From assembly GCA_048184855.1 (NCBI GenBank), contig DBEYYU010000069.1:4264-68263 (forward strand): DNA of 64,000 nucleotides, given 5' to 3'. Shown here in pieces: positions 21,338 through 30,892 of this stretch. Within the stretch, counting starts at the first letter, position 1, and each line of letters starts with the position of its first letter. The DNA is from Collinsella aerofaciens. GTDB taxonomy: Bacteria; Actinomycetota; Coriobacteriia; Coriobacteriales; Coriobacteriaceae. The notes under the pieces are model-generated. The model was not told where the DNA came from, did not search any database, and saw only the letters and a list, made by a program, of their open reading frames with translations. A program made the translations under genes and the position numbers.

Positions 21338-22954
21338 ATGACCGCAAAAAAGAAGTTCAATTTCAAAGCGCCGTTGGAGGTGTTCGCGAAGTCGATCGTT
21401 CAGCCGATGATGTATCTCTCGGTTGCCGGCATTTTGCTCATCGTGGGCATCATTCTGACCAACAAGACCATCTGCGCTTTGATCCCCGTACTGGGCTCCG
21501 GTCCGTTCCAGCTTGTGGGCGCCGTTGTCTATCAGTCGTTGATGTTTATCATCAACAACCTCTCGATTCTGTTCTGCGTGGGCATCGCCGGCGCCATGGC
21601 AAAGAAGAACAAGGGTCATGCTTCGCTGATCGCCCTGATGTCGTTCTTCCTGTTCCTGCAGGCTAACAACATCGTGCTCAACGCCACCGGTTCTCTTGCC
21701 GATGCGAGCGGCATGCTCGGTCTTACCGGAACCGGCCAGGCCACCGTTATGGGCATCCAGGTACTCGATACCGGCGTGTTTGGCGGCATCATCCTTGGTT
21801 GCATCACCGGTGCCGTGTTCAACAAGTACTCGAACAAGCAGTTCCCCATTGCCCTTTCGATGTTCTCGGGCGTTCGCTTCCCGTTCCTGATTATGATCAT
21901 CATTTCCTGGATCATGGGCGCTGGCTTCTGCATCGTTTGGCCTCCGGTTCAGGGTGCCATCTCCTCCGTTGCCGGTATCATTAAGGAGTCGGGCAACATC
22001 GGTCTGTTTATCTACGGCATGCTCAACAAGCTGCTCGTTCCCACCGGCCTGCACCACCTCATCTACACCCCGTTCCAGTTCTCCGATGTGGGCGGCACCC
22101 TGACGCTGGGTGATCAGGTTATCGCCGGCGCCTATCCCATCCGTGTTGCCGAGATGGCAATGACGGGCCAGCCCTTCTCCGATAGCACCTACTTCAACAG
22201 CTATACCTTCAACAACCTGTGGCCCTACATCGGCATCGGTCTCGCCTTTATCGTCACCGCTTACAAGGGGAACAAGGATAAGACCAAAGCCGTTATCATC
22301 CCGCTGATCATCACCGCCGTGCTCTCCTGTGTCACCGAGCCCATGGACTTCCTCTTTGTCTTTGCCGCTCCCGTGCTCTTTGTCGTTCACTCGGTTCTTT
22401 CCGGCATCTTCCTGGTCCTGCTCAAGGTCCTCTCCGTGCCCGCTTCGACTGCAGGCGGTATCATCAACATCGTGGTCTCCAACCTGGTTCTTGGTGTCGA
22501 TAAGACCAACTGGCCGGTTATGCTGGTGCTTGGAGTCGTCAACGCCGTTCTGTACTTCTTCCTCTTCACCTTCCTTATTAAGAAGCTCAACCTCCACACG
22601 CCTGGTCGCGAGGAAGAGTCCGAGCTTGCCGAGTCCGTTGCCGAGGGCGAGGCCGCCGCTTCTGTCGCGGTGAAGCAGGGCGCTGTTGCCGCAGCTCCCG
22701 CAGAGGGCGTCGATGCAGGTATTGCCGACCTGGTCGCAGGTCTTGGTGGCAAGGACAACATCGAGGAGCTCGAGAACTGCTTTACGCGTCTCCGCGTGAA
22801 CGTTAAGAACCCCGATCTTATCGATGAGAACCTCATCAACCACGTGCCCAACAGCGGCATCAACCGCAACGGTAACAATATCCAGATCATCTTTGGCATG
22901 AAGGTCGCCGAGATGCGCGACAAAGTCGAAAACGCAATTGAGAAGGAGCAGTAA
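21338..22954 (+). CDS. PTS EIICB component, glucose/alpha-glucoside family
   Basis: It has a multi-pass EIIC domain and a C-terminal EIIB with the cysteine motif NCFTRLRV. AAGGAAGGGGAG lies upstream. A GH4 phospho-alpha-glucosidase gene follows. Confidence 0.9.
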   Translation: MTAKKKFNFKAPLEVFAKSIVQPMMYLSVAGILLIVGIILTNKTICALIPVLGSGPFQLVGAVVYQSLMFIINNLSILFCVGIAGAMAKKNKGHASLIALMSFFLFLQANNIVLNATGSLADASGMLGLTGTGQATVMGIQVLDTGVFGGIILGCITGAVFNKYSNKQFPIALSMFSGVRFPFLIMIIISWIMGAGFCIVWPPVQGAISSVAGIIKESGNIGLFIYGMLNKLLVPTGLHHLIYTPFQFSDVGGTLTLGDQVIAGAYPIRVAEMAMTGQPFSDSTYFNSYTFNNLWPYIGIGLAFIVTAYKGNKDKTKAVIIPLIITAVLSCVTEPMDFLFVFAAPVLFVVHSVLSGIFLVLLKVLSVPASTAGGIINIVVSNLVLGVDKTNWPVMLVLGVVNAVLYFFLFTFLIKKLNLHTPGREEESELAESVAEGEAAASVAVKQGAVAAAPAEGVDAGIADLVAGLGGKDNIEELENCFTRLRVNVKNPDLIDENLINHVPNSGINRNGNNIQIIFGMKVAEMRDKVENAIEKEQ

Positions 22955-22957
22955 ACA

Positions 22958-24340
22958 ATGATCATTACTCTGTGCGGTGGCGGATCCACCTTTACCCCCG
23001 GCATCGTCAAGTCCATCGCCCTGCGCAAGGACGAGCTCGACGTTGACGAGATTCGTCTGTACGACATCAACGAGGAGCGCCAGCGCAAGATTGGCGTGCT
23101 CGTGGACTGGATTTTGCACGAGGACCTTGGCCTGGACATCAAGCTCACGGTGACCACTGACAAAAAGACGGCTTTCACCGACGCGAGCTTCGTGTTTGCC
23201 CAGATGCGCGTGGGCGGCTACGCCATGCGCGAGCAGGACGAGAAGATTCCGCTGCGTCACGGCTGCGTGGGTCAGGAGACTTGCGGTTGCGGCGGCCTTG
23301 CCTACGGCATGCGCACTATCTTCCCCATGGTCGAGCTGATCGATGACGTTGAGAAGTACGCCAAGAAGGATTACTGGATTCTCAACTACTCCAATCCTGC
23401 CGCAATCGTCTCCGAGGGCTGCCGTGTGCTGCGTCCCAACGCTCGCATCATCAACATCTGCGACATGCCGATCGCGATCATCGACGTGGTTTGCGCCGCG
23501 CTCGATATCGACAAGAAGGATGTCGAGTACGATTACTTTGGCCTCAACCACTTTGGTTGGTTCACCTCGATCCGCCACAAGGGCGAGGAGGTGCTCCCGC
23601 AGCTGCGCGAGTACATCAAGGAGCATGAGATTCTGCTGCCCGATTCTTACCTCAAGGGCATGGGCTCGCTCATGGCAAAGAAGCCCGAGGAGACCTCCGA
23701 TGAGCATCCCGAGCAGAACCGCCACACTAAGGGCAGCTGGTACTACGTCTGGAAGGGCGAGTACGAGATCATGGAGTGCTTCCCGGAGTACCTGCCCAAC
23801 ACGTATCTGAACTACTACCTGCAGCAGAAGGAGTTCGTCGAGCATTCCAACCCCGAGCGCACCCGTGCTAACGAGGTTGAGGAGACGCGCGAGAAGAACC
23901 TCTTCGACGGCATCGACCACTACGAGAAGACGGGCGAGATCGACGAGAGCACGTTCTATGCGGGCAGCCACGGTGACTGGATTGCCGACCTGGCTATCGC
24001 TCTGAAGAACGACACCAAGCAGCGCTTCCTGGTCATTTGCGAGAACAAGGGCGCTATCCCCAACATGCCCTACGACGCTATGGTCGAGCTGCCTGCCTAC
24101 ATTGGCAAGAACGGCCCCGAGGTCATCAGCCGCGACAACATTCCTCTGTTCCAGCAGGGCCTCATGATGCAGCAGCTGAACTCCGAGAAGCTCGTGGTCG
24201 AGGCTACGATCGAGGGTTCGTACGAGAAGGCGCTCAAGGCCTTTACGCTGAACAAGACCGTGCCGTCGATGAAGGTCGCCAAGGAGGTTCTCGACGACAT
24301 GATCGAGGCCAACAAGGGTTACTGGCCCGAGCTTAAGTAA
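22958..24340 (+). CDS. 6-phospho-alpha-glucosidase (glycoside hydrolase family 4)
   Basis: It has the N-terminal Rossmann motif ITLCGGGSTFTPGIV, GH4 regions (YSNPAAIV, ICDMP, GLNHFGW), and sits in the PTS context. Confidence 0.9.
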   Translation: MIITLCGGGSTFTPGIVKSIALRKDELDVDEIRLYDINEERQRKIGVLVDWILHEDLGLDIKLTVTTDKKTAFTDASFVFAQMRVGGYAMREQDEKIPLRHGCVGQETCGCGGLAYGMRTIFPMVELIDDVEKYAKKDYWILNYSNPAAIVSEGCRVLRPNARIINICDMPIAIIDVVCAALDIDKKDVEYDYFGLNHFGWFTSIRHKGEEVLPQLREYIKEHEILLPDSYLKGMGSLMAKKPEETSDEHPEQNRHTKGSWYYVWKGEYEIMECFPEYLPNTYLNYYLQQKEFVEHSNPERTRANEVEETREKNLFDGIDHYEKTGEIDESTFYAGSHGDWIADLAIALKNDTKQRFLVICENKGAIPNMPYDAMVELPAYIGKNGPEVISRDNIPLFQQGLMMQQLNSEKLVVEATIEGSYEKALKAFTLNKTVPSMKVAKEVLDDMIEANKGYWPELK

Positions 24341-24373
24341 AAGCAACGAGGTCGCTGACCGCATATCTGGAGC

Positions 24374-24417
24374 AATGCCCCGTCCACGTGATTGCGTGGG
24401 TGGGGCATTGTCATTTG
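24374..24417 (+). terminator. candidate intrinsic terminator of the PTS/GH4 operon
   Basis: AATGCCCCGTCCACG-tgatt-GCGTGGGTGGGGCATT (two mismatches) followed by GTCATTT. Confidence 0.55.
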
Positions 24418-24596
24418 GTAACGCGTTTTATCAAATATGGCATTTATCTGCGGTAATGTTCTATTTCACCGCCGAGGGTGACATTTCATACCGCCTGCCG
24501 AACTGCGTGGAGGTCTAACAACTTTTTAGGTCAGTGTTGTGCGTGTAGCAACTTCGCCCGGCCTCGCCTCCGGGCTGCCATGTGAGAGGGGATCTT

Positions 24597-26429
24597 ATGG
24601 CTCGACTGCACGTAATGGAACGCAGCCACGCTCAGGCCGTCATGGACGACCTGCACGATGCGCTCGGACGCCGTCTGGCGGTGAGTTCGCTCGCCCCGTG
24701 CCCCGTCGAGTTTACGGCGGCGCTCGTCAACCTGTGCTCCACCCAGAGCTGCGGCAAGTGCACGCCCTGCCGTGTGGGCCTGAGCGCGCTGAGCGATCTG
24801 CTCGCCGATGTGCTCGAGGGCCGCGCCGATGAGTCCACGCTCAACCTGATTGAGCGCACGGCCCGCACCATCTACCTTTCGAGCGACTGCGCCATCGGTT
24901 ACGAGGCCGGTGCCATGGCGCTTACGGCTATCCGCGGTTTTCGCGACGATTTTGAGCACCACATCCGCGAGCACTCCTGTGGCTTTGACCGCGAGGCCCG
25001 CGTCCCGTGCGTCTCGGGTTGCCCGGCGCACGTCGACATCCCCGGGTACATCTCGCTCGTCGAGGCCGGCCGCTATGCCGATGCCGTCAAGGTCATCCGC
25101 AAGAACAATCCGCTGCCGCTCGTCTGCGGCCTGGTGTGCGAGCATCCCTGCGAGATGCACTGCCGCCGCGGTATGGTCGACGACCCCATGAATATCCTTG
25201 CTCTTAAGCGCTTTGCCGTTGAGCACAGCGACCTCAACGACCACAAGCCGCATGTAGTGGACAACACCGGTAAGCGCGTCGCTGTGATCGGCGGCGGCCC
25301 GGCCGGTCTTTCCTGCGCTTACTACCTGGCCGTGATGGGCCACAAGGTGACCATTTTTGAGCAGCGCCACCACCTGGGCGGCATGCTGCGCTATGGCATT
25401 CCCAGCTACCGTCTGCCGCGCGAGCGCCTGCAGGCCGAGATCGACTGGATCTTGAGCGTCGGTATCGACGTGGAGCTCGACCACTCCGTGAACGGCGAGG
25501 AGCTCGCTCGCCTGCGCGACGAGTTCGATGCCGTCTACCTGGCCATCGGTGCCCACAGCGACAAGAAGCTCGGCCTTCCGGGCGAAGAGGCTCCCGGCGT
25601 GGAGTCGGCCGTCAAGATGCTGCGCGCCATCGGTGACGACGCGCTGCCCGACCTGAGCGGCCAGCGCGTGTGCGTTATCGGCGGCGGCAACGTGGCCATG
25701 GACGTGGCCCGCTCTGCCGTGCGCTGCGGCGCCGAAAAGGTAAGCATCGTCTACCGCCGCCGCATCTGCGATATGACGGCCCAGGACGCCGAGATCGCCG
25801 GTGCCCAGGCCGAGGGCTGCGAGGTGCTGGAGCTGACGGCCCCGCTCGCCATCGAGACGGGCGAGGACGGTCGTGTGAGGGGCCTGCGCGTGCAGCCGCA
25901 GATTATCGGCGAGCCCCGCCGTGGGCGCCCGGCCCCGCGTGCCGCCGCCACGCCCGAGCAGGTCATCCCCTGCGAGCGCGTGTTCGTGGCCATTGGTCAG
26001 GACATCGACTCCAAGCCGTTTGAGGACATGGGCATCGCCTGCAAGTGGGGTCGCGTCGTCACCGATTCGGACGGCGCCGTGCCCAACTTCGATGGCCTCT
26101 TTAGCGGCGGCGACTGCCAGACCGGCCCCGCCACCGTCATCCGTGCTATCAACGCCGGCCGCGTGGCTTCGGCAAATATCGACCACTACCTGGGCTTCGA
26201 CCACAAGATTAAGCTCGACGTGGAGCTGCCGACCGTGCAATTTAAGGGCAAGCACGAGTGCGGCCGCTGCGAGCTGGGCGAGCGCGAGGCCGGCGAGCGC
26301 ATTCACGATTGGAATCTGGTCGAACAGGGCCTTACCGAGGAGGAGGCACGCCAAGAGGCGAGTCGCTGCCTGCGTTGCGACCACTTTGGCTTTGGTGCGT
26401 TCCGCGGAGGGAGGAACCTGGAATGGTAG
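24597..26429 (+). CDS. GltD-like NAD(P)H oxidoreductase with a NuoF-type N-terminal Fe-S module (hydrogenase-associated)
   Basis: It has an N-terminal CGKCTPCR motif, then a GltD-like core (CPAHVDIPGYI, VCEHPCEMHCRR, VAVIGGGPAGLS, VCVIGGGNVAMD) that is paralogous to gltD at 2535-4016. Its stop overlaps the start of the hydrogenase gene. Confidence 0.82.
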   Translation: MARLHVMERSHAQAVMDDLHDALGRRLAVSSLAPCPVEFTAALVNLCSTQSCGKCTPCRVGLSALSDLLADVLEGRADESTLNLIERTARTIYLSSDCAIGYEAGAMALTAIRGFRDDFEHHIREHSCGFDREARVPCVSGCPAHVDIPGYISLVEAGRYADAVKVIRKNNPLPLVCGLVCEHPCEMHCRRGMVDDPMNILALKRFAVEHSDLNDHKPHVVDNTGKRVAVIGGGPAGLSCAYYLAVMGHKVTIFEQRHHLGGMLRYGIPSYRLPRERLQAEIDWILSVGIDVELDHSVNGEELARLRDEFDAVYLAIGAHSDKKLGLPGEEAPGVESAVKMLRAIGDDALPDLSGQRVCVIGGGNVAMDVARSAVRCGAEKVSIVYRRRICDMTAQDAEIAGAQAEGCEVLELTAPLAIETGEDGRVRGLRVQPQIIGEPRRGRPAPRAAATPEQVIPCERVFVAIGQDIDSKPFEDMGIACKWGRVVTDSDGAVPNFDGLFSGGDCQTGPATVIRAINAGRVASANIDHYLGFDHKIKLDVELPTVQFKGKHECGRCELGEREAGERIHDWNLVEQGLTEEEARQEASRCLRCDHFGFGAFRGGRNLEW

Positions 26430-28234
26430 AGCTCAACAAAACCACTGTCGGCGACTACAGCGAAAACGGAGCGCACAACATGGTCAGGCTCATTATCGAT
26501 AACTGCGAAGTCGTGGTGCCCGAGCACACCACGATCCTGGATGCGGCCAAGTCCGTCGGCATTCAGATTCCCACCCTGTGCTACCTGCGCGATCTAAACG
26601 AGATTGGCGGCTGCCGCGTGTGCGTGGTCGAGGTTGAGGGCTGCGATCAGCTGGTCGCAGCCTGCAACAACTACGTGCTCGACGGCATGGTGGTCCACAC
26701 CAACAGCCCCAAGGCCCGCGAGGCCCGTCGCACCAACGTGCAGCTGCTGCTGTCTCAGCACGATTCGCAGTGCACGAGCTGCGTGCGCAGCGGCAACTGC
26801 AACCTACAGACCATCGCCAACGACCTGGGCATTTTCTATCTGCCGTATCAAAGGCATTTGGCGGGCGAGGGCTGGGATTTCGATTTTCCCATCATCCGCG
26901 AAAACGACAAGTGCATTAAATGCATGCGCTGCATCAAGGTGTGCGAGAGCGTGCAGGGCCTAGGGATTTGGGACCTGACCAACCGCGCCACGCATACCGC
27001 TGTGGGTACCCGCGGGCGCGCGCCGATCGGCAAGACCGATTGCGTCGCGTGCGGCCAGTGCGTTACGCATTGTCCGACGGGCGCGCTGCGCGAGCGCGAC
27101 GATACCGAGACCGTGTTCGACGCGCTCGCTAATCCCGACAAGATCGTGCTGGTGCAGATCGCGCCTGCCGTGCGCAGCGCCTGGGGCGAGGAACTCGGCA
27201 TTCCGCGCGAGGAGGCCACCGTTGAGCGCCTGGCTTGCGCGCTGCGTCGCGTTGGCTTTGAGTACGTGTTCGACACCGATTTCTCGGCCGATCTCACCAT
27301 TATGGAGGAGGGCTCCGAGCTGCTCGAGCGCTTGGGCGCCGCCGCCAAGGGCGAGGGTGACAGCCGCGGCTGGCCCATGTTTACGAGCTGCTGCCCGGGT
27401 TGGGTGCGCTTTGTGAAGGCGCGCTATCCGGAGTTTGTCGACAGCCTGTCTACGTCCAAGTCGCCGCAGCAGATGTTCGGCGCTATTGCCAAGACCTACT
27501 ACGCCAAGGTGCTGGGCGTGGAGTCCGAGCGCCTGTTCGTGGTGTCCGTTATGCCGTGCACGGCCAAGAAGGCCGAGTGCGCGCTGCCGAGCATGGTGGG
27601 CGAGGGCGGCACGCCCGATGTGGACGTTGCGCTGACGGTGCGCGAGATGGTGTGCATGATCCGCGCGAGCCACGTGAGCGTGGACACGCTGGTCGAGGAG
27701 CCGCTCGACACGCCGCTGGGCTTTGGCACGGGCGCGGGTGTGATCTTTGGCGCCACGGGCGGCGTGATGGAAGCCGCTGTGCGCTCGGCCTATTACCTGG
27801 TGACGGGCAAGAACCCGGATGCCGATTTCTTTACCGACGTGCGTGGCCTGGATGGCTGGAAGGAAGCCGTCGCCGATATCGATGGCACCAAGGTGCGTGT
27901 TGCCGTGGCGCACGGGCTGGGCAACGCCGCCCGCCTGCTCGACGCGATTCGCGACGGCCGTGTGAGCTATGACTTCGTTGAGGTTATGGCATGCCCGGGC
28001 GGGTGCGTCGGTGGTGGCGGTCAGCCCATCCACGACGGCTGCGAGCTGGCGGCCGAGCGCGGCCAGGTGCTGTGGGGCCTGGATGCCGCTGCGGACATTC
28101 GCTTCTCGCACGAGAATCCCGATGTCCAGGCGTGCTACCGCGAGTTCTTGGGCGAGCCGCTCTCGCCGCTGGCCGAGGAATTGCTGCATACCGACCATCG
28201 CGCATGGACGATGCCTAACGAGGGGACGTGCTAG
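26423..28234 (+). CDS. [FeFe] hydrogenase catalytic subunit (M3-type architecture)
   Basis: It has the H-cluster motifs TSCCPGW, MPCTAKKAE and EVMACPGGCVGGGGQP. The N-terminus has 2Fe-2S and 4Fe-4S cysteine clusters. GGAGGGAGG lies upstream of the ATG at 26423. The track ORF start at 26258 lies inside the upstream gene. Confidence 0.92.
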   Translation: MVELNKTTVGDYSENGAHNMVRLIIDNCEVVVPEHTTILDAAKSVGIQIPTLCYLRDLNEIGGCRVCVVEVEGCDQLVAACNNYVLDGMVVHTNSPKAREARRTNVQLLLSQHDSQCTSCVRSGNCNLQTIANDLGIFYLPYQRHLAGEGWDFDFPIIRENDKCIKCMRCIKVCESVQGLGIWDLTNRATHTAVGTRGRAPIGKTDCVACGQCVTHCPTGALRERDDTETVFDALANPDKIVLVQIAPAVRSAWGEELGIPREEATVERLACALRRVGFEYVFDTDFSADLTIMEEGSELLERLGAAAKGEGDSRGWPMFTSCCPGWVRFVKARYPEFVDSLSTSKSPQQMFGAIAKTYYAKVLGVESERLFVVSVMPCTAKKAECALPSMVGEGGTPDVDVALTVREMVCMIRASHVSVDTLVEEPLDTPLGFGTGAGVIFGATGGVMEAAVRSAYYLVTGKNPDADFFTDVRGLDGWKEAVADIDGTKVRVAVAHGLGNAARLLDAIRDGRVSYDFVEVMACPGGCVGGGGQPIHDGCELAAERGQVLWGLDAAADIRFSHENPDVQACYREFLGEPLSPLAEELLHTDHRAWTMPNEGTC

Positions 28235-28236
28235 CG

Positions 28237-29295
28237 ATGCGCGCGTTTGATGTTGAGATGTCGCGCCGGGGGTTTGCCTCGGCGCTCGCCGCGGGCGCCC
28301 TGTCGCTTGCGCTCGCGGGCTGTGGCGGCGGGGCTGCCGGTGCCGGGTCCGCCGCGGGCTCGGCTGCCGGGTCTGCCGCTGACGGTGCCGCTGCCGAGCC
28401 GGTCGAGGTGCACGTCGCCTCGCTCAAGGGGCCGACGTCGATTGGGCTGGTGCGGTTTATGGGCCAGGCGACCGATGGCGAGACGGACAATGAGTTCGAC
28501 TTTGCGATTAACACTGCCGCTGACGAGATCGTGCCCAAGGTGATTCAGGGCGATATCGACATTGCCCTGGTGCCCGCCAACGTGGCGAGCGTGCTCTACA
28601 ACAAGACCGAGGATGCGGTGCAGGTCATCGACATCAACACGCTGGGCGTGCTGAGCGTGGTGACGGGCGACGCGAGTGTGGCCTCGTTTGGCGATTTGGC
28701 GGGCCATACCGTCTACATGACGGGCAAGGGCACCACGCCAGAGTACGTCATGAACTACCTGCTGGAGCGCGCGGGCCTGACCGGCCAGGTGACGCTCGAG
28801 TTTAAGAGCGAGCCCACCGAGGTGCTGTCGGCCCTGCTTGCCGATCCGTCTGCCGTGGGCGTGCTGCCCGAGCCGTTCAAGACCGCTGCCATCGCCAAGA
28901 GCGAGGGCAAGCTGTCGGCACCGGTAAATCTGACTGATGTGTGGGATGAGCTGGCGGGTGACACGGGTTCGCGCCTGCTGACGGGCGTGACCGTGGTGCG
29001 CCGTGCCTTTGCCGAGGAGCATCCCGAGGCCGTGGCGGAATTCTTGCGCCGCCATGAGGCGAGCGTGAAGGCCGTCAATGCGGCGCCGGCGGGCTGGGCT
29101 CAGGCCGTGGTCGATGCGGGCATCGTGGATAACGCCACGATTGCCGAAAAGGCGATTCCCGGGTGCATGCTTGTGTGCCAGACGGGGAAGGATATGAAGG
29201 CGGCGCTCGGTGGGTACCTGCAGGTGCTGGCCGATGCGGATGCGAGCGCCGTGGGCGGTAAGCTTCCGGCTGATGATTTTTACTACATGGAGTAG
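28237..29295 (+). CDS. ABC transporter substrate-binding lipoprotein (NMT1/SsuA-like)
   Basis: It has a twin-arginine-like signal (SRRGFASALAAGA) and a lipobox (LALAGCGG). The periplasmic-binding fold pattern resembles the nitrate/sulfonate/bicarbonate family. The start is ambiguous (28228, 28237 or 28258). Confidence 0.8.
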   Translation: MRAFDVEMSRRGFASALAAGALSLALAGCGGGAAGAGSAAGSAAGSAADGAAAEPVEVHVASLKGPTSIGLVRFMGQATDGETDNEFDFAINTAADEIVPKVIQGDIDIALVPANVASVLYNKTEDAVQVIDINTLGVLSVVTGDASVASFGDLAGHTVYMTGKGTTPEYVMNYLLERAGLTGQVTLEFKSEPTEVLSALLADPSAVGVLPEPFKTAAIAKSEGKLSAPVNLTDVWDELAGDTGSRLLTGVTVVRRAFAEEHPEAVAEFLRRHEASVKAVNAAPAGWAQAVVDAGIVDNATIAEKAIPGCMLVCQTGKDMKAALGGYLQVLADADASAVGGKLPADDFYYME

Positions 29296-29298
29296 CCC

Positions 29299-30678
29299 GT
29301 GCGTGCGTTTGCTCGACACATGACAGAGCGTATGAAGGCGGTGGCGGCAGCAGGTGCCGTTGCCGCCTTTTGGCTTGCCGTGTGGGTGCTGATGGCGGGT
29401 TTCGTGGCGCAGCCGTTGATTTTGCCGGGGCCGGGCGCTGTCGTGGTGGCGTTGCTGCGGCTGGTGTGCGATGTCGGCACGTGGGCGATTCTGGCGGGCT
29501 CGGGTGCGCGGATTCTAGGCGGTTTGGCGCTTGCCGCGGTGTGCGGTGGTCTGCTGGCCGGAATTTCGTCGCGCTCGCAGGCGTTTGCACGCTTGGTGGC
29601 GCCGGCGCTTTCGTTTGTAAAGGCGACGCCGGTTGCCTGCGTGGTGGTCCTGCTGCTCATTTGGCTGGGGTCGGCGCGCGTGAGCATCGCCGTGGTCTAT
29701 TTGATGGCGCTGCCGGGCGTGTATTTTTCGCTGGCTGAGGGTTTGGCACAGGTTGATCAGCCGCTGGAGCAGATGTTTCGTCTGCATGGCGTGCGGGGTT
29801 GGCGTCTGTTTTGCGCCCATACCTGGTGCGAGATCCTGCCGTTTGTGCTCTCGTGTGCGCGTGCCGTGATCGGCATGAGCTGGAAGGCCGGCGTGGCAGC
29901 TGAGCTTATCGGCATGGCGGTGGGCACCGTGGGTGAGCGCATCTATCAGGCGAAGCTTTTGATCGAGACGGCGGACCTGCTGGCGTGGACCGTGCTGGTC
30001 GTTGCTGCCTCGTGGGCGTGTGAGCGCGTGCTGGTGTGGCTGCTGCGAGCTTCGGGTTCCGTGGCATGGCGTATTGCCGTGCGGGCGCATGGACGCGGGG
30101 GCCGTGGGCGTGCGGGCGGCTCTGCTGGCGGCGGGGTTGCGGCGGAGCTTGCGGTCGCCGTGGCCGACCGGGCGCCCTGGGCGCCGGCGCTCGACGGTTT
30201 GGCGCTCAACGTGCCCGCGGGTGGGCGTGTTTGCGTGATGGGCGCTTCGGGCGTGGGCAAGTCGACGTTGCTCGCGCTGGCGGCGGGGGAGTGCGCGTCG
30301 TGCTCCATGGTGTTTCAGGATACGCGCCTGGTTGAGGACGCCTCTGCTTTGGATAACGTGCTGGTGTGCGCCGATGCACGCGTGAATGCCTCGAGTGCCG
30401 CTGCCTTGTTGCGCCTGCTCGTGCCGGGGGTCGATGTGCATGTTCGTGTGGCCGAGCTCTCGGGCGGGCAGCGCCGTCGCGTCGAGATTGCCCGAGCCCT
30501 GCTGTGTCCGGGCGGCGCAGTGATTCTGGACGAGCCCTTTACCGGTCTAGACATCGCTGCGCGCGACGCATGCGCCGAGGTCGTGCTCGACCTGCTCGAC
30601 GGTCGCATGCTCCTGCTTGCCACGCACGATGCCGCTGACGCTCGGGCCCTCAATATCTCGGACATCATCACGCTCTAA
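29299..30678 (+). CDS. fused ABC transporter permease and ATP-binding protein
   Basis: The N-terminal half is a NitT/TauT-type permease (EAA-like LAEGLAQVDQPLEQMFRLHGVRGW). After a Gly/Arg linker comes an NBD with GASGVGKST, VFQD, LSGGQRRR, ILDEP and ATHD. Confidence 0.82.
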   Translation: MRAFARHMTERMKAVAAAGAVAAFWLAVWVLMAGFVAQPLILPGPGAVVVALLRLVCDVGTWAILAGSGARILGGLALAAVCGGLLAGISSRSQAFARLVAPALSFVKATPVACVVVLLLIWLGSARVSIAVVYLMALPGVYFSLAEGLAQVDQPLEQMFRLHGVRGWRLFCAHTWCEILPFVLSCARAVIGMSWKAGVAAELIGMAVGTVGERIYQAKLLIETADLLAWTVLVVAASWACERVLVWLLRASGSVAWRIAVRAHGRGGRGRAGGSAGGGVAAELAVAVADRAPWAPALDGLALNVPAGGRVCVMGASGVGKSTLLALAAGECASCSMVFQDTRLVEDASALDNVLVCADARVNASSAAALLRLLVPGVDVHVRVAELSGGQRRRVEIARALLCPGGAVILDEPFTGLDIAARDACAEVVLDLLDGRMLLLATHDAADARALNISDIITL

Positions 30679-30892
30679 ATACTTATTCAGCAACAAAATA
30701 ATCCGTTTTTCTCCGTCCCCATGGGGTCGGGTATGGTATTCTATCTGCTGGGTAATACTTAGGAATACCAAGTAATACCAACGCCGTAGAACAAACTCCA
30801 GATGCGGGCCAATCGGGTTGCCTTCACAGCCCGTCGCCCAGCCGCGCGGCCCGCATCTATCCGCACCACCGTCGTTTCAAAAAGGAAGCGCC

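Noticed and set aside
21278-24364. A 1028-aa ORF antisense across the PTS EIICB and GH4 genes
   Set aside because: The two sense genes happen to be in the same frame (both starts are congruent mod 3) and avoid the codons that would create antisense stops. The translated product has no domain-like features, whereas both sense genes have strong family motifs.
24531-28198. Long antisense ORFs (24531-26384, 26960-28198) opposite the oxidoreductase and hydrogenase genes
   Set aside because: The same reasoning applies. The sense strand carries complete Fe-S, FAD/NAD and H-cluster motifs, and the antisense products are Ala/Arg/Gly-rich without motifs.
30679-30892. A 10-bp inverted repeat GATGCGGGCC...GGCCCGCATC upstream of the DinJ-like gene, as another 27-nt-loop element
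   Set aside because: I counted its loop as 37 nt, and the arms are unrelated to the three families. It is probably an ordinary operator or hairpin, and there is not enough evidence to call a feature.
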